A DNA stretch of 64,000 nt from Phallusia mammillata (taxonomy: Eukaryota): positions 1,674,001 to 1,738,000 of the forward strand of contig OZ281494.1 of NCBI GenBank assembly GCA_965637545.1, in the 5' to 3' direction. Below, in pieces: positions 24,917-36,685 of the stretch; within the stretch, counting starts at the first letter, position 1, and each line of letters starts with the position of its first letter. Made by a program: the position numbers and the translations under genes. Under the pieces are notes generated by a model, which worked only from the letters and a program-made list of their open reading frames with translations, was not told the DNA's origin and searched no databases.

Positions 24917-27346
24917 CTAATGCCCGATATTTGAAGAGGAAGTCGAACGCAAAATGTCGCGGAAAACTGGGCTGAGGTTTTTGCCGTCGTTACGGTTTAA
25001 AACATTTGAATTAGAATTTATGAGGCAACTTTCAAAGACCAATCTTTTCGACCAATTAGGTTCCTGTTTCAAAACTTGGGCATCGTTCCAATTTATGCGG
25101 TGATCACATACAAAAACGTGTTCGCATAAGGCGGACTTGTTAACATCCATGTTTCTGACTGCCACTTTGTGTTCCTTGAGACGTGAATTTAGATTCCGCT
25201 TAGTTTGACCAATGTATACCATATCACAATCACGGCAAGGGAACTGGTAAACAACTCCTGTACGATGTTGTGGTATAGTGGCATCTTTTGGTTTTGGTAG
25301 TAACTGCCCAATAGTTTTAAAAGGTTTCATTGCCACTTTTACCCCAGCATCATTCAGGATACGTTTTAGGCGCTCCGATACACCCTGGACATACGGTAAG
25401 CATGTGAATGATTTAAACTGTCTGTTTTGTAAGGTGGTTGTGTTATGGGTCAAGTGGTGTAAGTTACGCGGGAAACCGTTATTCTTTAACACGCGTGCAA
25501 TATTTTTGCATTCGTGTTTGTGAAGAACCGTATCCTTGATGTGAGTTGTGGCTCTGTTGTAAAGCGTTTTGGCGACTGTAAGTTTTTGGTGCCGTGGATG
25601 GTGAGACGTGTAGTGTAGGTGGCGGTCAGTGTTCGTGGGCTTCTTGTATATGCCAGTGATGAGCTTTTGATCTGGCTGCCTGGTAACAGCCACATCTAAA
25701 AACGCAATGGTATCGTGTTGTTCGGTTTCCATGGTGAAAGCTATTGTAGGTGATATGGTGTTCAGGTGTGTGTGAAATGTGTAGACCATGTTTCTGTCGA
25801 TAATGACGTATGTGTCATCAACGTATCGAAGCCATAGACGTGGCGGTGTGTGGAAAGTTGCAAGTGCCTTCTGCTCTATGTGTTCCATAGTGAGATTAGC
25901 AAGAATAGCTGAAATAGGAGAGCCCATGGGTGTAACAAAGATTTGTTTGTATATTGTGTCTCTGTAAGTAAAAACTGTTGCGTTAAGGCAATTCTGTAAA
26001 GCTGTTTGTATGTGAGAAAGATCTAACCCGGTGCGTTCGTGTAGTGTAGTGTCGTGTTTGAGTTTGTCCAGAGTGATCGAAAGTGCCAAATCGGTAGGTA
26101 TGGACGTAAACAAACTGACAACATCAAAATAAACTTGGCATTCGCTTGGTTTTATATTAAAATTCGAAATAGTGTCTAAAAAATCCAAAGAGTTTTTAAT
26201 TGTGTAACCGGAACGACCAACGATAGGCGAGATTATGGCGGCGAGAAATTTTGATAAACTATAAGTGGGTGAGTTTTCGAAAGAAACAATAGGTCGCAAA
26301 GGGATATTATCCTTATGAATCTTCGGCAAACCGTAAAACTTTGGAAGAAGTCCGTCTGTGCTTCTGAGGTGACGGTATTCTTGGTCGGTGAGACAGTTGT
26401 TCGTGCGTAGTTTCCAAATGAACTTGTTTAGTTCCCGTTCTATGCCCTTGAGTGGATTTTTTGTCAATCGTAGGTATACCGAGCTGTCGTCCAAAAGTGC
26501 TTGTGCCTTGTGTTCATATTGTTTCCTATCCATAACCACTGTGCAATTTCCTTTGTCCGCTTTCAAGATTGTCACCGATTCATCCTTTCGCAGATCACTT
26601 AGGGCGCGGGTCTCTTCCGGAGACAAATTTGGCTTGGGTGCCGTGGATTTCTTCAAAACCTGCGCAATCCGACTCCTAGCCAAATCCGCGGCAGCTGCAT
26701 CGTCGTTAGCGAGCCCTAGTAGACCCGCCTCTGCGGCACCAACCATTTCTAGGACAGGAACCTTCTTGGGTGCAATTGCGAAACCGTGGCCTTTTTCCAA
26801 AACACTGTGTTCCGCTTTGGTTAGAATCTTAGAAGAAACGTTGTTGACCCATCTTTGTTTGCTGAAGTTTTTACCTTTCCTCGTAGTTTTTGTCTGCCGA
26901 TCTTTTTGTAGCGCCTGGAGCTTCTTTTCATGTACTATGGAACATCCGGTTGTGGTCGACCATTGACGTTTTGTAGCATATTGTTCCAACACATCCATAC
27001 ATTGCTGTGTTAAAACCTTCGTGAGTTGTAGTTTTAAGTCTTTGCAGAGTAGTTTGAGTTGTCCGATTTTTTGATGCGAATCGGTTATTCTGTCTTTGAG
27101 CAGTGTCCAGCAACACTTGCGAACTATCAAAAACGACGATCTGGATTTGTCTGGAGGAGCTAGGCGGAGGCTTTTTGGTAACATATCTGCCGCTTTGCAG
27201 GCGTGATTAAACCTGATATGGCCATATTCTTTCTCGATTGTACCGACTGCCTTGACATACCTTCTGGCCGCTTGTAGACTCGCTTCGTTATAATCTCTTC
27301 TCATCATAGAAAATACTGAACAGGCGTTTCGTCCACCAGGTTGCAT
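24917..27346 (-). CDS. PLE RT + GIY-YIG ORF (mirror copy)
   Basis: Translation identical to the + strand copy. Confidence 0.93.
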   Translation of the reverse strand: MQPGGRNACSVFSMMRRDYNEASLQAARRYVKAVGTIEKEYGHIRFNHACKAADMLPKSLRLAPPDKSRSSFLIVRKCCWTLLKDRITDSHQKIGQLKLLCKDLKLQLTKVLTQQCMDVLEQYATKRQWSTTTGCSIVHEKKLQALQKDRQTKTTRKGKNFSKQRWVNNVSSKILTKAEHSVLEKGHGFAIAPKKVPVLEMVGAAEAGLLGLANDDAAAADLARSRIAQVLKKSTAPKPNLSPEETRALSDLRKDESVTILKADKGNCTVVMDRKQYEHKAQALLDDSSVYLRLTKNPLKGIERELNKFIWKLRTNNCLTDQEYRHLRSTDGLLPKFYGLPKIHKDNIPLRPIVSFENSPTYSLSKFLAAIISPIVGRSGYTIKNSLDFLDTISNFNIKPSECQVYFDVVSLFTSIPTDLALSITLDKLKHDTTLHERTGLDLSHIQTALQNCLNATVFTYRDTIYKQIFVTPMGSPISAILANLTMEHIEQKALATFHTPPRLWLRYVDDTYVIIDRNMVYTFHTHLNTISPTIAFTMETEQHDTIAFLDVAVTRQPDQKLITGIYKKPTNTDRHLHYTSHHPRHQKLTVAKTLYNRATTHIKDTVLHKHECKNIARVLKNNGFPRNLHHLTHNTTTLQNRQFKSFTCLPYVQGVSERLKRILNDAGVKVAMKPFKTIGQLLPKPKDATIPQHRTGVVYQFPCRDCDMVYIGQTKRNLNSRLKEHKVAVRNMDVNKSALCEHVFVCDHRINWNDAQVLKQEPNWSKRLVFESCLINSNSNVLNRNDGKNLSPVFRDILRSTSSSNIGH

Positions 27347-30300
27347 ATTTAAACAAACTTGTCGTTCAACTGGTGTAATGCTGAACAAAATACTAATTGT
27401 TGTTTTTAAGAACTTGTATTTCGCTAACGTTTCGCCCACCAGAACGGTAGGGCTTTATCAGAGCAATGAACGATATAGTGCAAGCATAACAGGCGAAAAT
27501 GCACAAGCGCAGCGGGATATAACGTAAAGTAATTATAAGAGAACAAAGGCTTATCGTGATGGGTTGAGTGTGCTATATTGTGACAGTGCGTAACTAATGC
27601 CCGATATTTGAAGAGGAAGTCGAACGCAAAATGTCGCGGAAAACTGGGCTGAGGTTTTTGCCGTCGTTACGGTTTAAAACATTTGAATTAGAATTTATGA
27701 GGCAACTTTCAAAGACCAATCTTTTCGACTATTAGAAAATTAAACTTAAACTTTGCAAATACCCAGGAACCGCACATAAAACCGCCGGTTTGCAGCGTTC
27801 GTTTTCTGGCCGAGAAGTATCCACACGTCGATGTGACAGTCCGACTTGCATCGGAATCAACGTCATAATTAGCAAATACGTTGCGCTCTGCGGTACAACG
27901 TAAATGGCGCTTTGCATGTAGATGGTGGCGCTCATACTTCAAAATTCACAAAATCAAGGACATCATCAGGGTTGTTGCTTCTTATGCGGAAAGCTTTATT
28001 TGGTAATCGGTGATTGTGCAAAGCGACACACGCTTATTACAACAATAACATTGTCTGCTGAAACGGTCTCTGTCCATCAGACAACAGAAGTATTTAGCAA
28101 TACATAGAAAGCGTGATATTCGTCCGTATCTAAACATCGTATGATCGGCATAAAGTGAAAATCACAGTGAAAGCGGTAAATCATTTCAGCTTAATCATTA
28201 ATCTCATTAACAACATTTTTGGAGAACAGGGTTAGATAATTTTTTGGGTCGATTTTTTATCCACATTTTGCTTGGGGCTGAGGTTGGAACTTCGAATGCA
28301 GCAGCCGTGTGCGATCTCTTGACGAGGCCAACACTTGAGTGTGGAAGTTCACTCTGTGTGTCGCGTTGTGCTGCATAATTGCTGTCCAAGAACAGAAGAG
28401 AAATGTAAGTCCTGTAACGTTACGCTACTTCGTAACTCTTTTCTCCTTGAAACTTTTTTCAAGTTTTCTCCTTGAAAAAGTTCTATACAATGTGAGGTTG
28501 GACATACTAAGCGTTGAGGTCGTATTCTTTCAGAAACATATTAACTTGATCGTTCCTTGTCTGGGTTGCACATCACCTTGAACTAAACACATAGGTTTAA
28601 ACATAATCACATTAAATAATGATTTAGTTAGTTTGCTACAGTGCACACGCCATACAGGATGAAATATTGCAAACCAAGTCAATGTACGTTTGCTCGTGCA
28701 ACATGGCGTAGGCAGGAAAAGCTTAGGACAAGTCAGATCCAACCAACAACAGAAACCTGCTATGAGGAGGCGCTCTACTAACAGAGCTCACAGTGAAAAC
28801 GTTATTTGGTAAGTGTTGTTCATTATCCCCTACGTAGAGCTTTTGCAACGTAATGTAATGTTCCCACACACAGGCGTCTGTTTTGGAGTCAATTGCTCAG
28901 AGGCAAAACAACAAGCCATGGTTAGTGCCAAATGCCTAGAAGAGATGTGCAGCGCAAAACATCATTTAAGTAACCCTTTTGTACGGTTAAGATGTTGAGG
29001 TGATGTAGCCTGACAAACAAGAACCGTATAATTGACTTCCACCAATCAGAGTTTTAATTAGAATTGCAGCTTTGTACAAACATTTTCATATACCAAAGAG
29101 CTAGTTAATTTAAAAACAAATGTAGTAACTTGTAAAACATTCTGCTGAAGCCGCTAGCTTTAGTGAATGGTTATATGAGCACGAAAAGTTTTTAATAAAC
29201 ACAATCACCTTCGGTAACACAAACCAAAATAACATGACATTGCAAGGAAAATATTTGTTTGTTTCAAGTACTTTGCTTCATCTCAAGACAATTAGTAGAC
29301 ACAACCGAAAGTGTATGATCAGCCCAATCTGTTCGCCAACCCGATGATTGGCGATTTGGTTAAACAAGTTTTTAGAAATTTCGCTACTGGTTTATTGCTT
29401 ACAGGGACAAACTGAAAGTAAGTGTCAATTATCAATGACTTGTTCAAAATTTTCATGTTCACATTAAACAAAACCAAACAAGGATAAATCAGGCGTGTCG
29501 AAGGCGATATGTCTAATTAAGCCGATAACGCAAACATTTTCATGTGACAATACGTTAGAAATGTAATAACTGCGGTGGAGTACAAACCCACGACAAAAAG
29601 CATTTCCTGGGGTCGCACTCTACCAACTCAGCTACACGCTTACTTGTAAGCCCGTCAATATCAAACCATAAGCACTGTTGCATGTCACTTATGCCGCACC
29701 TGTAAGCTTTGTAGTAGAGCATCGCCATTACGACAAAAGGTTTGCGACTGCTGTATACTTATTCGTGTTTTTGCGACTGCTGTATACTTATTCGTGTTTT
29801 TGCGACTGCTGTATCCTATATGTTTAGGAAAATATATTGGCCAATTGATCAACTACAGTCCAACTCAACAGTGTTAGAAGTGATTGCACTTATTTGAACC
29901 TTGGAAATTAAACACGAACACTTGTGAAAATATTTGTGGGCATAACACAAATTCGTTTGACTGATGTTAGTTGGTTTGACGCACTGCTTTTCAACTTGGG
30001 CGTTTTAAACACAGTTACACTCGAGAGTTGAAATGACGCTTGTGAGAGATCAGTTGTTTTCGCGGATCTGCTTAATCATTGCATTAATTTTATCTCTGAA
30101 TTAATTTTGCTTTTATTTTTGTACAATAACTGATGACAAACATATCAACAAAAATACGTTATTTTAGCGTAATAATCTGTTTCCCGACAGATTACCGTCT
30201 GCTAAAGTCTCATAGTGCTAAACGCCCGACAAATCCCAATGATAGATCACTTTTATAAATTGTAATAACCAATAGTTGAAGTATACACGGTTTTGATAAC

Positions 30301-33300
30301 TGTTGTGCATGATCTCCCACGCAGCCATGTTTCCCCACACACATGCATGTGTTTTGAAGACAATTACTCAGAGGCAAAACAACAAGCCATTGCTGATACG
30401 GAAAGCCGGGCAGACAGATTTATATTGTAAAGTATCAGTTGAGTAAGGCCGGTATATGGTAAAGATGTTGAGGTGAATGTCTTGACAAACACGAACTGAA
30501 TCTCTGACTCCCGGCGATCAGCGGTGGATTAAATTTAAACTTCGTAGAAACTGAAGATGATTTTACCAAATGTTACACTTTTCAAGTTATTCCATAGCAG
30601 GCGCTAGCATTTGCTTATTGCGTTGTAAGCACTATTGGGTAACGGATTTAGAAACAGAAACCTTGCATTACCACCTAGACCAGGGGTGGGCAAACTACGG
30701 CACGCGGGCCGCATGCGGCCCGCCAAAGGAGTTTATGCGGCCCGCCAAATGTTTCCGAGTAACGCTGAATAGTACTATGAGCACAGGCGCAGATTTTTAA
30801 AAATACCGGGGGTGCGACTTGCCGATACCAATGCCATATGCAGTATCTGTACCCGTTCGATACTTTGGAACTAAACACAGATACTTTTCACGTGCCTGTT
30901 GTTTCTGCCACGTTATTATGCAAATCGTTACTTGACACAATTTCTTCGTTCGATAAAAGTAAAAGCAATTCACGTTTTCAAAAACAGCCCACTTTGCACT
31001 GTTGACGCCCAAACTTTGGTCACTTTGGATCATGTTTAGGTCGTTGCAGTACTTTTTGTTTAATGTTGGCACTCGGACTTTATCAACAAAAAACGTGGTT
31101 CAGCCTTTGTTGCAACAAACGCTTGTTTTTTTGAAACAATTACAATTGTAGCGTTTCAACCAATGTTTGTACAGTCATGAACAAACGTATTTGCATAAAG
31201 CTGAAAATATACTATGTAATAATTTTGCGCAGGGGTGCACAACCTGCGGCCGCAATCTATTTTGCTAAATATTTTGATTTTTAAACTGCTAAAACAGATT
31301 TCGTGGGACTGGAAAAAAGATTAGCAGTCTAGTAACCATATGTGCCAGGCTTTTTATCCGCTTATTATGTGCAAACAATGCGAAAAAACAGGCACTGCAA
31401 TCGTCACAATACAGTTTATGACGTCATAAACAGTTAGCTCCGTTCAGCTAAATTTATGCACAAGTTAGAAAACACTGTGTTCCGCTTTGGTTAGAATCTT
31501 AGAAGAAACGTTGTTGACCCATCTTTGTTTGCTGAAGTTTTTACCTTTCCTCGTAGTTTTTGTCTGCCGATCTTTTTGTAGCGCCTGGAGCTTCTTTTCA
31601 TGTACTATGGAACATCCGGTTGTGGTCGACCATTGACGTTTTGTAGCATATTGTTCCAACACATCCATACATTGCTGTGTTAAAACCTTCGTGAGTTGTA
31701 GTTTAAAGTCTTTGCAGAGTAGTTTGAGTTGTCCGATTTTTTGATGCGAATCGGTTATTCTGTCTTTGAGCAGTGTCCAGCAACACTTGCGAACTATCAA
31801 AAACGACGATCTGGATTTGTCTGGAGGAGCTAGGCGGAGGCTTTTTGGTAACATATCTGCCGCTTTGCAGGCGTGATTAAACCTGATATGGCCATATTCT
31901 TTCTCGATTGTACCGACTGCCTTGACATACCTTCTGGCCGCTTGTAGACTCGCTTCGTTATAATCTCTTCTCATCATAGAAAATACTGAACAGGCGTTTC
32001 GTCCACCAGGTTGCATATTTAAACAAACTTGTCGTTCAACTGGTGTAATGCTGAACAAAATACTAATTGTTGTTTTTAAGAACTTGTATTTCGCTAACGT
32101 TTCGCCCACCAGAACGGTAGGGCTTTATCAGAGCAATGAACGATATAGTGCAAGCATAACAGGCGAAAATGCACAAGCGCAGCGGGATATAACGTAAAGT
32201 AATTATAAGAGAACAAAGGCTTATCGTGATGGGTTGAGTGTGCTATATTGTGACAGTGCGTAACTAATGCCCGATATTTGAAGAGGAAGTCGAACGCAAA
32301 ATGTCGCGGAAAACTGGGCTGAGGTTTTTGCCGTCGTTACGGTTTAAAACATTTGAATTAGAATTTATGAGGCAACTTTCAAAGACCAATCTTTTCGACT
32401 ATTAGAAAATTAAACTTAAACTTTGCAAATACCCAGGAACCGCACATAAAACCGCCGGTTTGCAGCGTTCGTTTTCTGGCCGAGAAGTATCCACACGTCG
32501 ATGTGACAGTCCGACTTGCATCGGAATCAACGTCATAATTAGCAAATACGTTGCGCTCTGCGGTACAACGTAAATGGCGCTTTGCATGTAGATGGTGGCG
32601 CTCATACTTCAAAATTCACAAAATCAAGGACATCATCAGGGTTGTTGCTTCTTATGCGGAAAGCTTTATTTGGTAATCGGTGATTGTGCAAAGCGACACA
32701 CGCTTATTACAACAATAACATTGTCTGCTGAAACGGTCTCTGTCCATCAGACAACAGAAGTATTTAGCAATACATAGAAAGCGTGATATTCGTCCGTATC
32801 TAAACATCGTATGATCGGCATAAAGTGAAAATCACAGTGAAAGCGGTAAATCATTTCAGCTTAATCATTAATCTCATTAACAACATTTTTGGAGAACAGG
32901 GTTAGATAATTTTTTGGGTCGATTTTTTATCCACATTTTGCTTGGGGCTGAGGTTGGAACTTCGAATGCAGCAGCCGTGTGCGATCTCTTGACGAGGCCA
33001 ACACTTGAGTGTGGAAGTTCACTCTGTGTGTCGCGTTGTGCTGCATAATTGCTGTCCAAGAACAGAAGAGAAATGTAAGTCCTGTAACGTTACGCTACTT
33101 CGTAACTCTTTTCTCCTTGAAACTTTTTTCAAGTTTTCTCCTTGAAAAAGTTCTATACAATGTGAGGTTGGACATACTAAGCGTTGAGGTCGTATTCTTT
33201 CAGAAACATATTAACTTGATCGTTCCTTGTCTGGGTTGCACATCACCTTGAACTAAACACATAGGTTTAAACATAATCACATTAAATAATGATTTAGTTA

Positions 33301-36141
33301 GTTTGCTACAGTGCACACGCCATACAGGATGAAATATTGCAAACCAAGTCAATGTACGTTTGCTCGTGCAACATGGCGTAGGCAGGAAAAGCTTAGGACA
33401 AGTCAGATCCAACCAACAACAGAAACCTGCTATGAGGAGGCGCTCTACTAACAGAGCTCACAGTGAAAACGTTATTTGGTAAGTGTTGTTCATTATCCCC
33501 TACGTAGAGCTTTTGCAACGTAATGTAATGTTCCACACACAGGCGTCTGTTTTGGAGTCAATTGCTCAGAGGCAAAACAACAAGCCATGGTTAGTGCCAA
33601 ATGCCTAGAAGAGATGTGCAGCGCAAAACATCATTTAAGTAACCCTTTTGTACGGTTAAGATGTTGAGGTGATGTAGCCTGACAAACAAGAACCGTATAA
33701 TTGACTTCCACCAATCAGAGTTTTAATTAGAATTGCAGCTTTGTACAAACATTTTCATATACCAAAGAGCTAGTTAATTTAAAAACAAATGTAGTAACTT
33801 GTAAAACATTCTGCTGAAGCCGCTAGCTTTAGTGAATGGTTATATGAGCACGAAAAGTTTTTAATAAACACAATCACCTTCGGTAACACAAACCAAAATA
33901 ACATGACATTGCAAGGAAAATATTTGTTTGTTTCAAGTACTTTGCTTCATCTCAAGACAATTAGTAGACACAACCGAAAGTGTATGATCAGCCCAATCTG
34001 TTCGCCAACCCGATGATTGGCGATTTGGTTAAACAAGTTTTTAGAAATTTCGCTACTGGTTTATTGCTTACAGGGACAAACTGAAAGTAAGTGTCAATTA
34101 TCAATGACTTGTTCAAAATTTTCATGTTCACATTAAACAAAACCAAACAAGGATAAATCAGGCGTGTCGAAGGCGATATGTCTAATTAAGCCGATAACGC
34201 AAACATTTTCATGTGACAATACGTTAGAAATGTAATAACTGCGGTGGAGTACAAACCCACGACAAAAAGCATTTCCTGGGGTCGCACTCTACCAACTCAG
34301 CTACACGCTTACTTGTAAGCCCGTCAAATATCAAACCATAAGCACTGTTGCATGTCACTTATGCCGCACCTGTAAGCTTTGTAGTAGAGCATCGCCATTA
34401 CGACAAAAGGTTTGCGACTGCTGTATACTTATTCGTGTTTTTGCGACTGCTGTATACTTATTCGTGTTTTTGCGACTGCTGTATCCTATATGTTTAGGAA
34501 AATATATTGGCCAATTGATCAACTACAGTCCAACTCAACAGTGTTAGAAGTGATTGCACTTATTTGAACCTTGGAAATTAAACACGAACACTTGTGAAAA
34601 TATTTGTGGGCATAACACAAATTCGTTTGACTGATGTTAGTTGGTTTGACGCACTGCTTTTCAACTTGGGCGTTTTAAACACAGTTACACTCGAGAGTTG
34701 AAATGACGCTTGTGAGAGATCAGTTGTTTTCGCGGATCTGCTTAATCATTGCATTAATTTTATCTCTGAATTAATTTTGCTTTTATTTTTGTACAATAAC
34801 TGATGACAAACATATCAACAAAAATACGTTATTTTAGCGTAATAATCTGTTTCCCGACAGATTACCGTCTGCTAAAGTCTCATAGTGCTAAACGCCCGAC
34901 AAATCCCAATGATAGATCACTTTTATAAATTGTAATAACCAATAGTTGAAGTATACACGGTTTTGATAACTGTTGTGCATGATCTCCCACGCAGCCATGT
35001 TTCCCCACACACATGCATGTGTTTTGAAGACAATTACTCAGAGGCAAAACAACAAGCCATTGCTGATACGGAAAGCCGGGCAGACAGATTTATATTGTAA
35101 AGTATCAGTTGAGTAAGGCCGGTATATGGTAAAGATGTTGAGGTGAATGTCTTGACAAACACGAACTGAATCTCTGACTCCCGGCGATCAGCGGTGGATT
35201 AAATTTAAACTTCGTAGAAACTGAAGATGATTTTACCAAATGTTACACTTTTCAAGTTATTCCATAGCAGGCGCTAGCATTTGCTTATTGCGTTGTAAGC
35301 ACTATTGGGTAACGGATTTAGAAACAGAAACCTTGCATTACCACCTAGACCAGGGGTGGGCAAACTACGGCACGCGGGCCGCATGCGGCCCGCCAAAGGA
35401 GTTTATGCGGCCCGCCAAATGTTTCCGAGTAACGCTGAATAGTACTATGAGCACAGGCGCAGAGTTTTAAAAATACCGGGGGTGCGACTTGCCGATACCA
35501 ATGCCATATGCAGTATCTGTACCCGTTCGATACTTTGGAACTAAACACAGATACTTTTCACGTGCCTGTTGTTTCTGCCACGTTATTTTGCAAATCGTTA
35601 CTTGACACAATTTCTTCGTTCGATAAAAGTAAAAGCGATTCACGTTTTCAAAAACAGCCCACTTTGCACTGTTGACGCCCAAACTTTGGTCACTTTGGAT
35701 CATGTTTAGGTCGTTGCAGTACTTTTTGTTTAATGTTGGCACTCGGACTTTATCAACAAAAAACGTGGTTCAGCCTTTGTTGCAACAAACGCTTGTTTTT
35801 TTGAAACAATTACAATTGTAGCGTTTCAACCAATGTTTGTACAGTCATGAACAAACGTATTTGCATAAAGCTGAAAATATACTATGTAATAATTTTGCGC
35901 AGGGGTGCACAACCTGCGGCCGCAATCTATTTTGCTAAATATTTTGATTTTTAAACTGCTAAAACAGATTTCGTGGGACTGGAAAAAAGATTAGCAGTCT
36001 AGTAACCATATGTGCCAGGCTTTTTATCCGCTTATTATGTGCAAACAATGCAAAAAAACAGGCACTGCAATCGTCACAATACAGTTTATGACGTCATAAA
36101 CAGTTAGCTCCGTTCAGCTAAATTTATGCACAAGTTAGAAA
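26799..36141. repeat. 4670-bp tandem direct duplication (26799-31471 / 31469-36141)
   Basis: Offset of 4670 between ORF pairs (27709/32379, 30570/35240). Junction at 31469-31471 (AAA shared by both parents). A handful of SNPs and two compensating 1-nt indels separate the copies. Confidence 0.95.
31469..32399 (-). pseudogene. PLE pLTR plus the first part of the ORF, truncated by the tandem duplication
   Basis: The 214-aa ORF 31465-32109 matches the PLE N-terminus and then stops. Confidence 0.92.
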
Positions 36142-36330
36142 TTGTTAATCAGAGCAATTTAGGCGACTTTAAATGGTATATATATGATACAAACCTTATT
36201 CTTTGCATCAGTTGTTTTAAAACAAAACAACAAGCAAGCAATTGGCGGTCGTTGGTGAAATACTATGCGGCCCGGTAAGATTATAAACTTTTGAATGCGG
36301 CCCTTGCACTGAAAAGTTTGCCCACCCCTG
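35351..36330 (+). mobile_element. Complete non-autonomous hAT MITE (980 bp)
   Basis: Perfect 16-bp TIR CAGGGGTGGGCAAACT / AGTTTGCCCACCCCTG, 8-bp TSD ACCTAGAC (35343-35350 and 36331-36338), subterminal GCGGCCC repeats. Confidence 0.95.
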
Positions 36331-36685
36331 ACCTAGACTTTGAAATCGTACAAATCGTTACGGCTTCTGTTTTTATCTTGCATGCCTAAAAATCTGAAGA
36401 TGTGCTCCTGCCTTTGTGTTGCACAAAACAGCGGCAATTTATATCGCGAACAACATTTGAGCATTTGAAATAAGGTTGGCTGATCACAATTAAAAGTGTT
36501 CTCTACGAAATAACTTTAGATTGTATTCGCGGCGACTAAAAGGCTTGTGGGTAGTTTCAAAACCATTATTAGTTTTTTTTGTTAAGCTTCAAGTTGATAA
36601 ACAAACCAGTAGCAAAATATTAACACTTTTTGTTCCAGGGTGTTTGAAAAAATATATATAACGCATTTTTCACAATATTTTTTGA

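Larger units (their letters stand above)
24672..27729 (-). mobile_element. Full-length PLE, mirror copy (pLTRs 24672-25052 and 27349-27729)
   Basis: Reverse complement of 4263-7320. Confidence 0.95.
18267..31991. repeat. Right arm of giant inverted repeat
   Basis: Reverse complement of 1-13725. Only two substitutions noticed (1217 vs 30775; 287 vs 31705); the comparison was not exhaustive. Confidence 0.97.
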
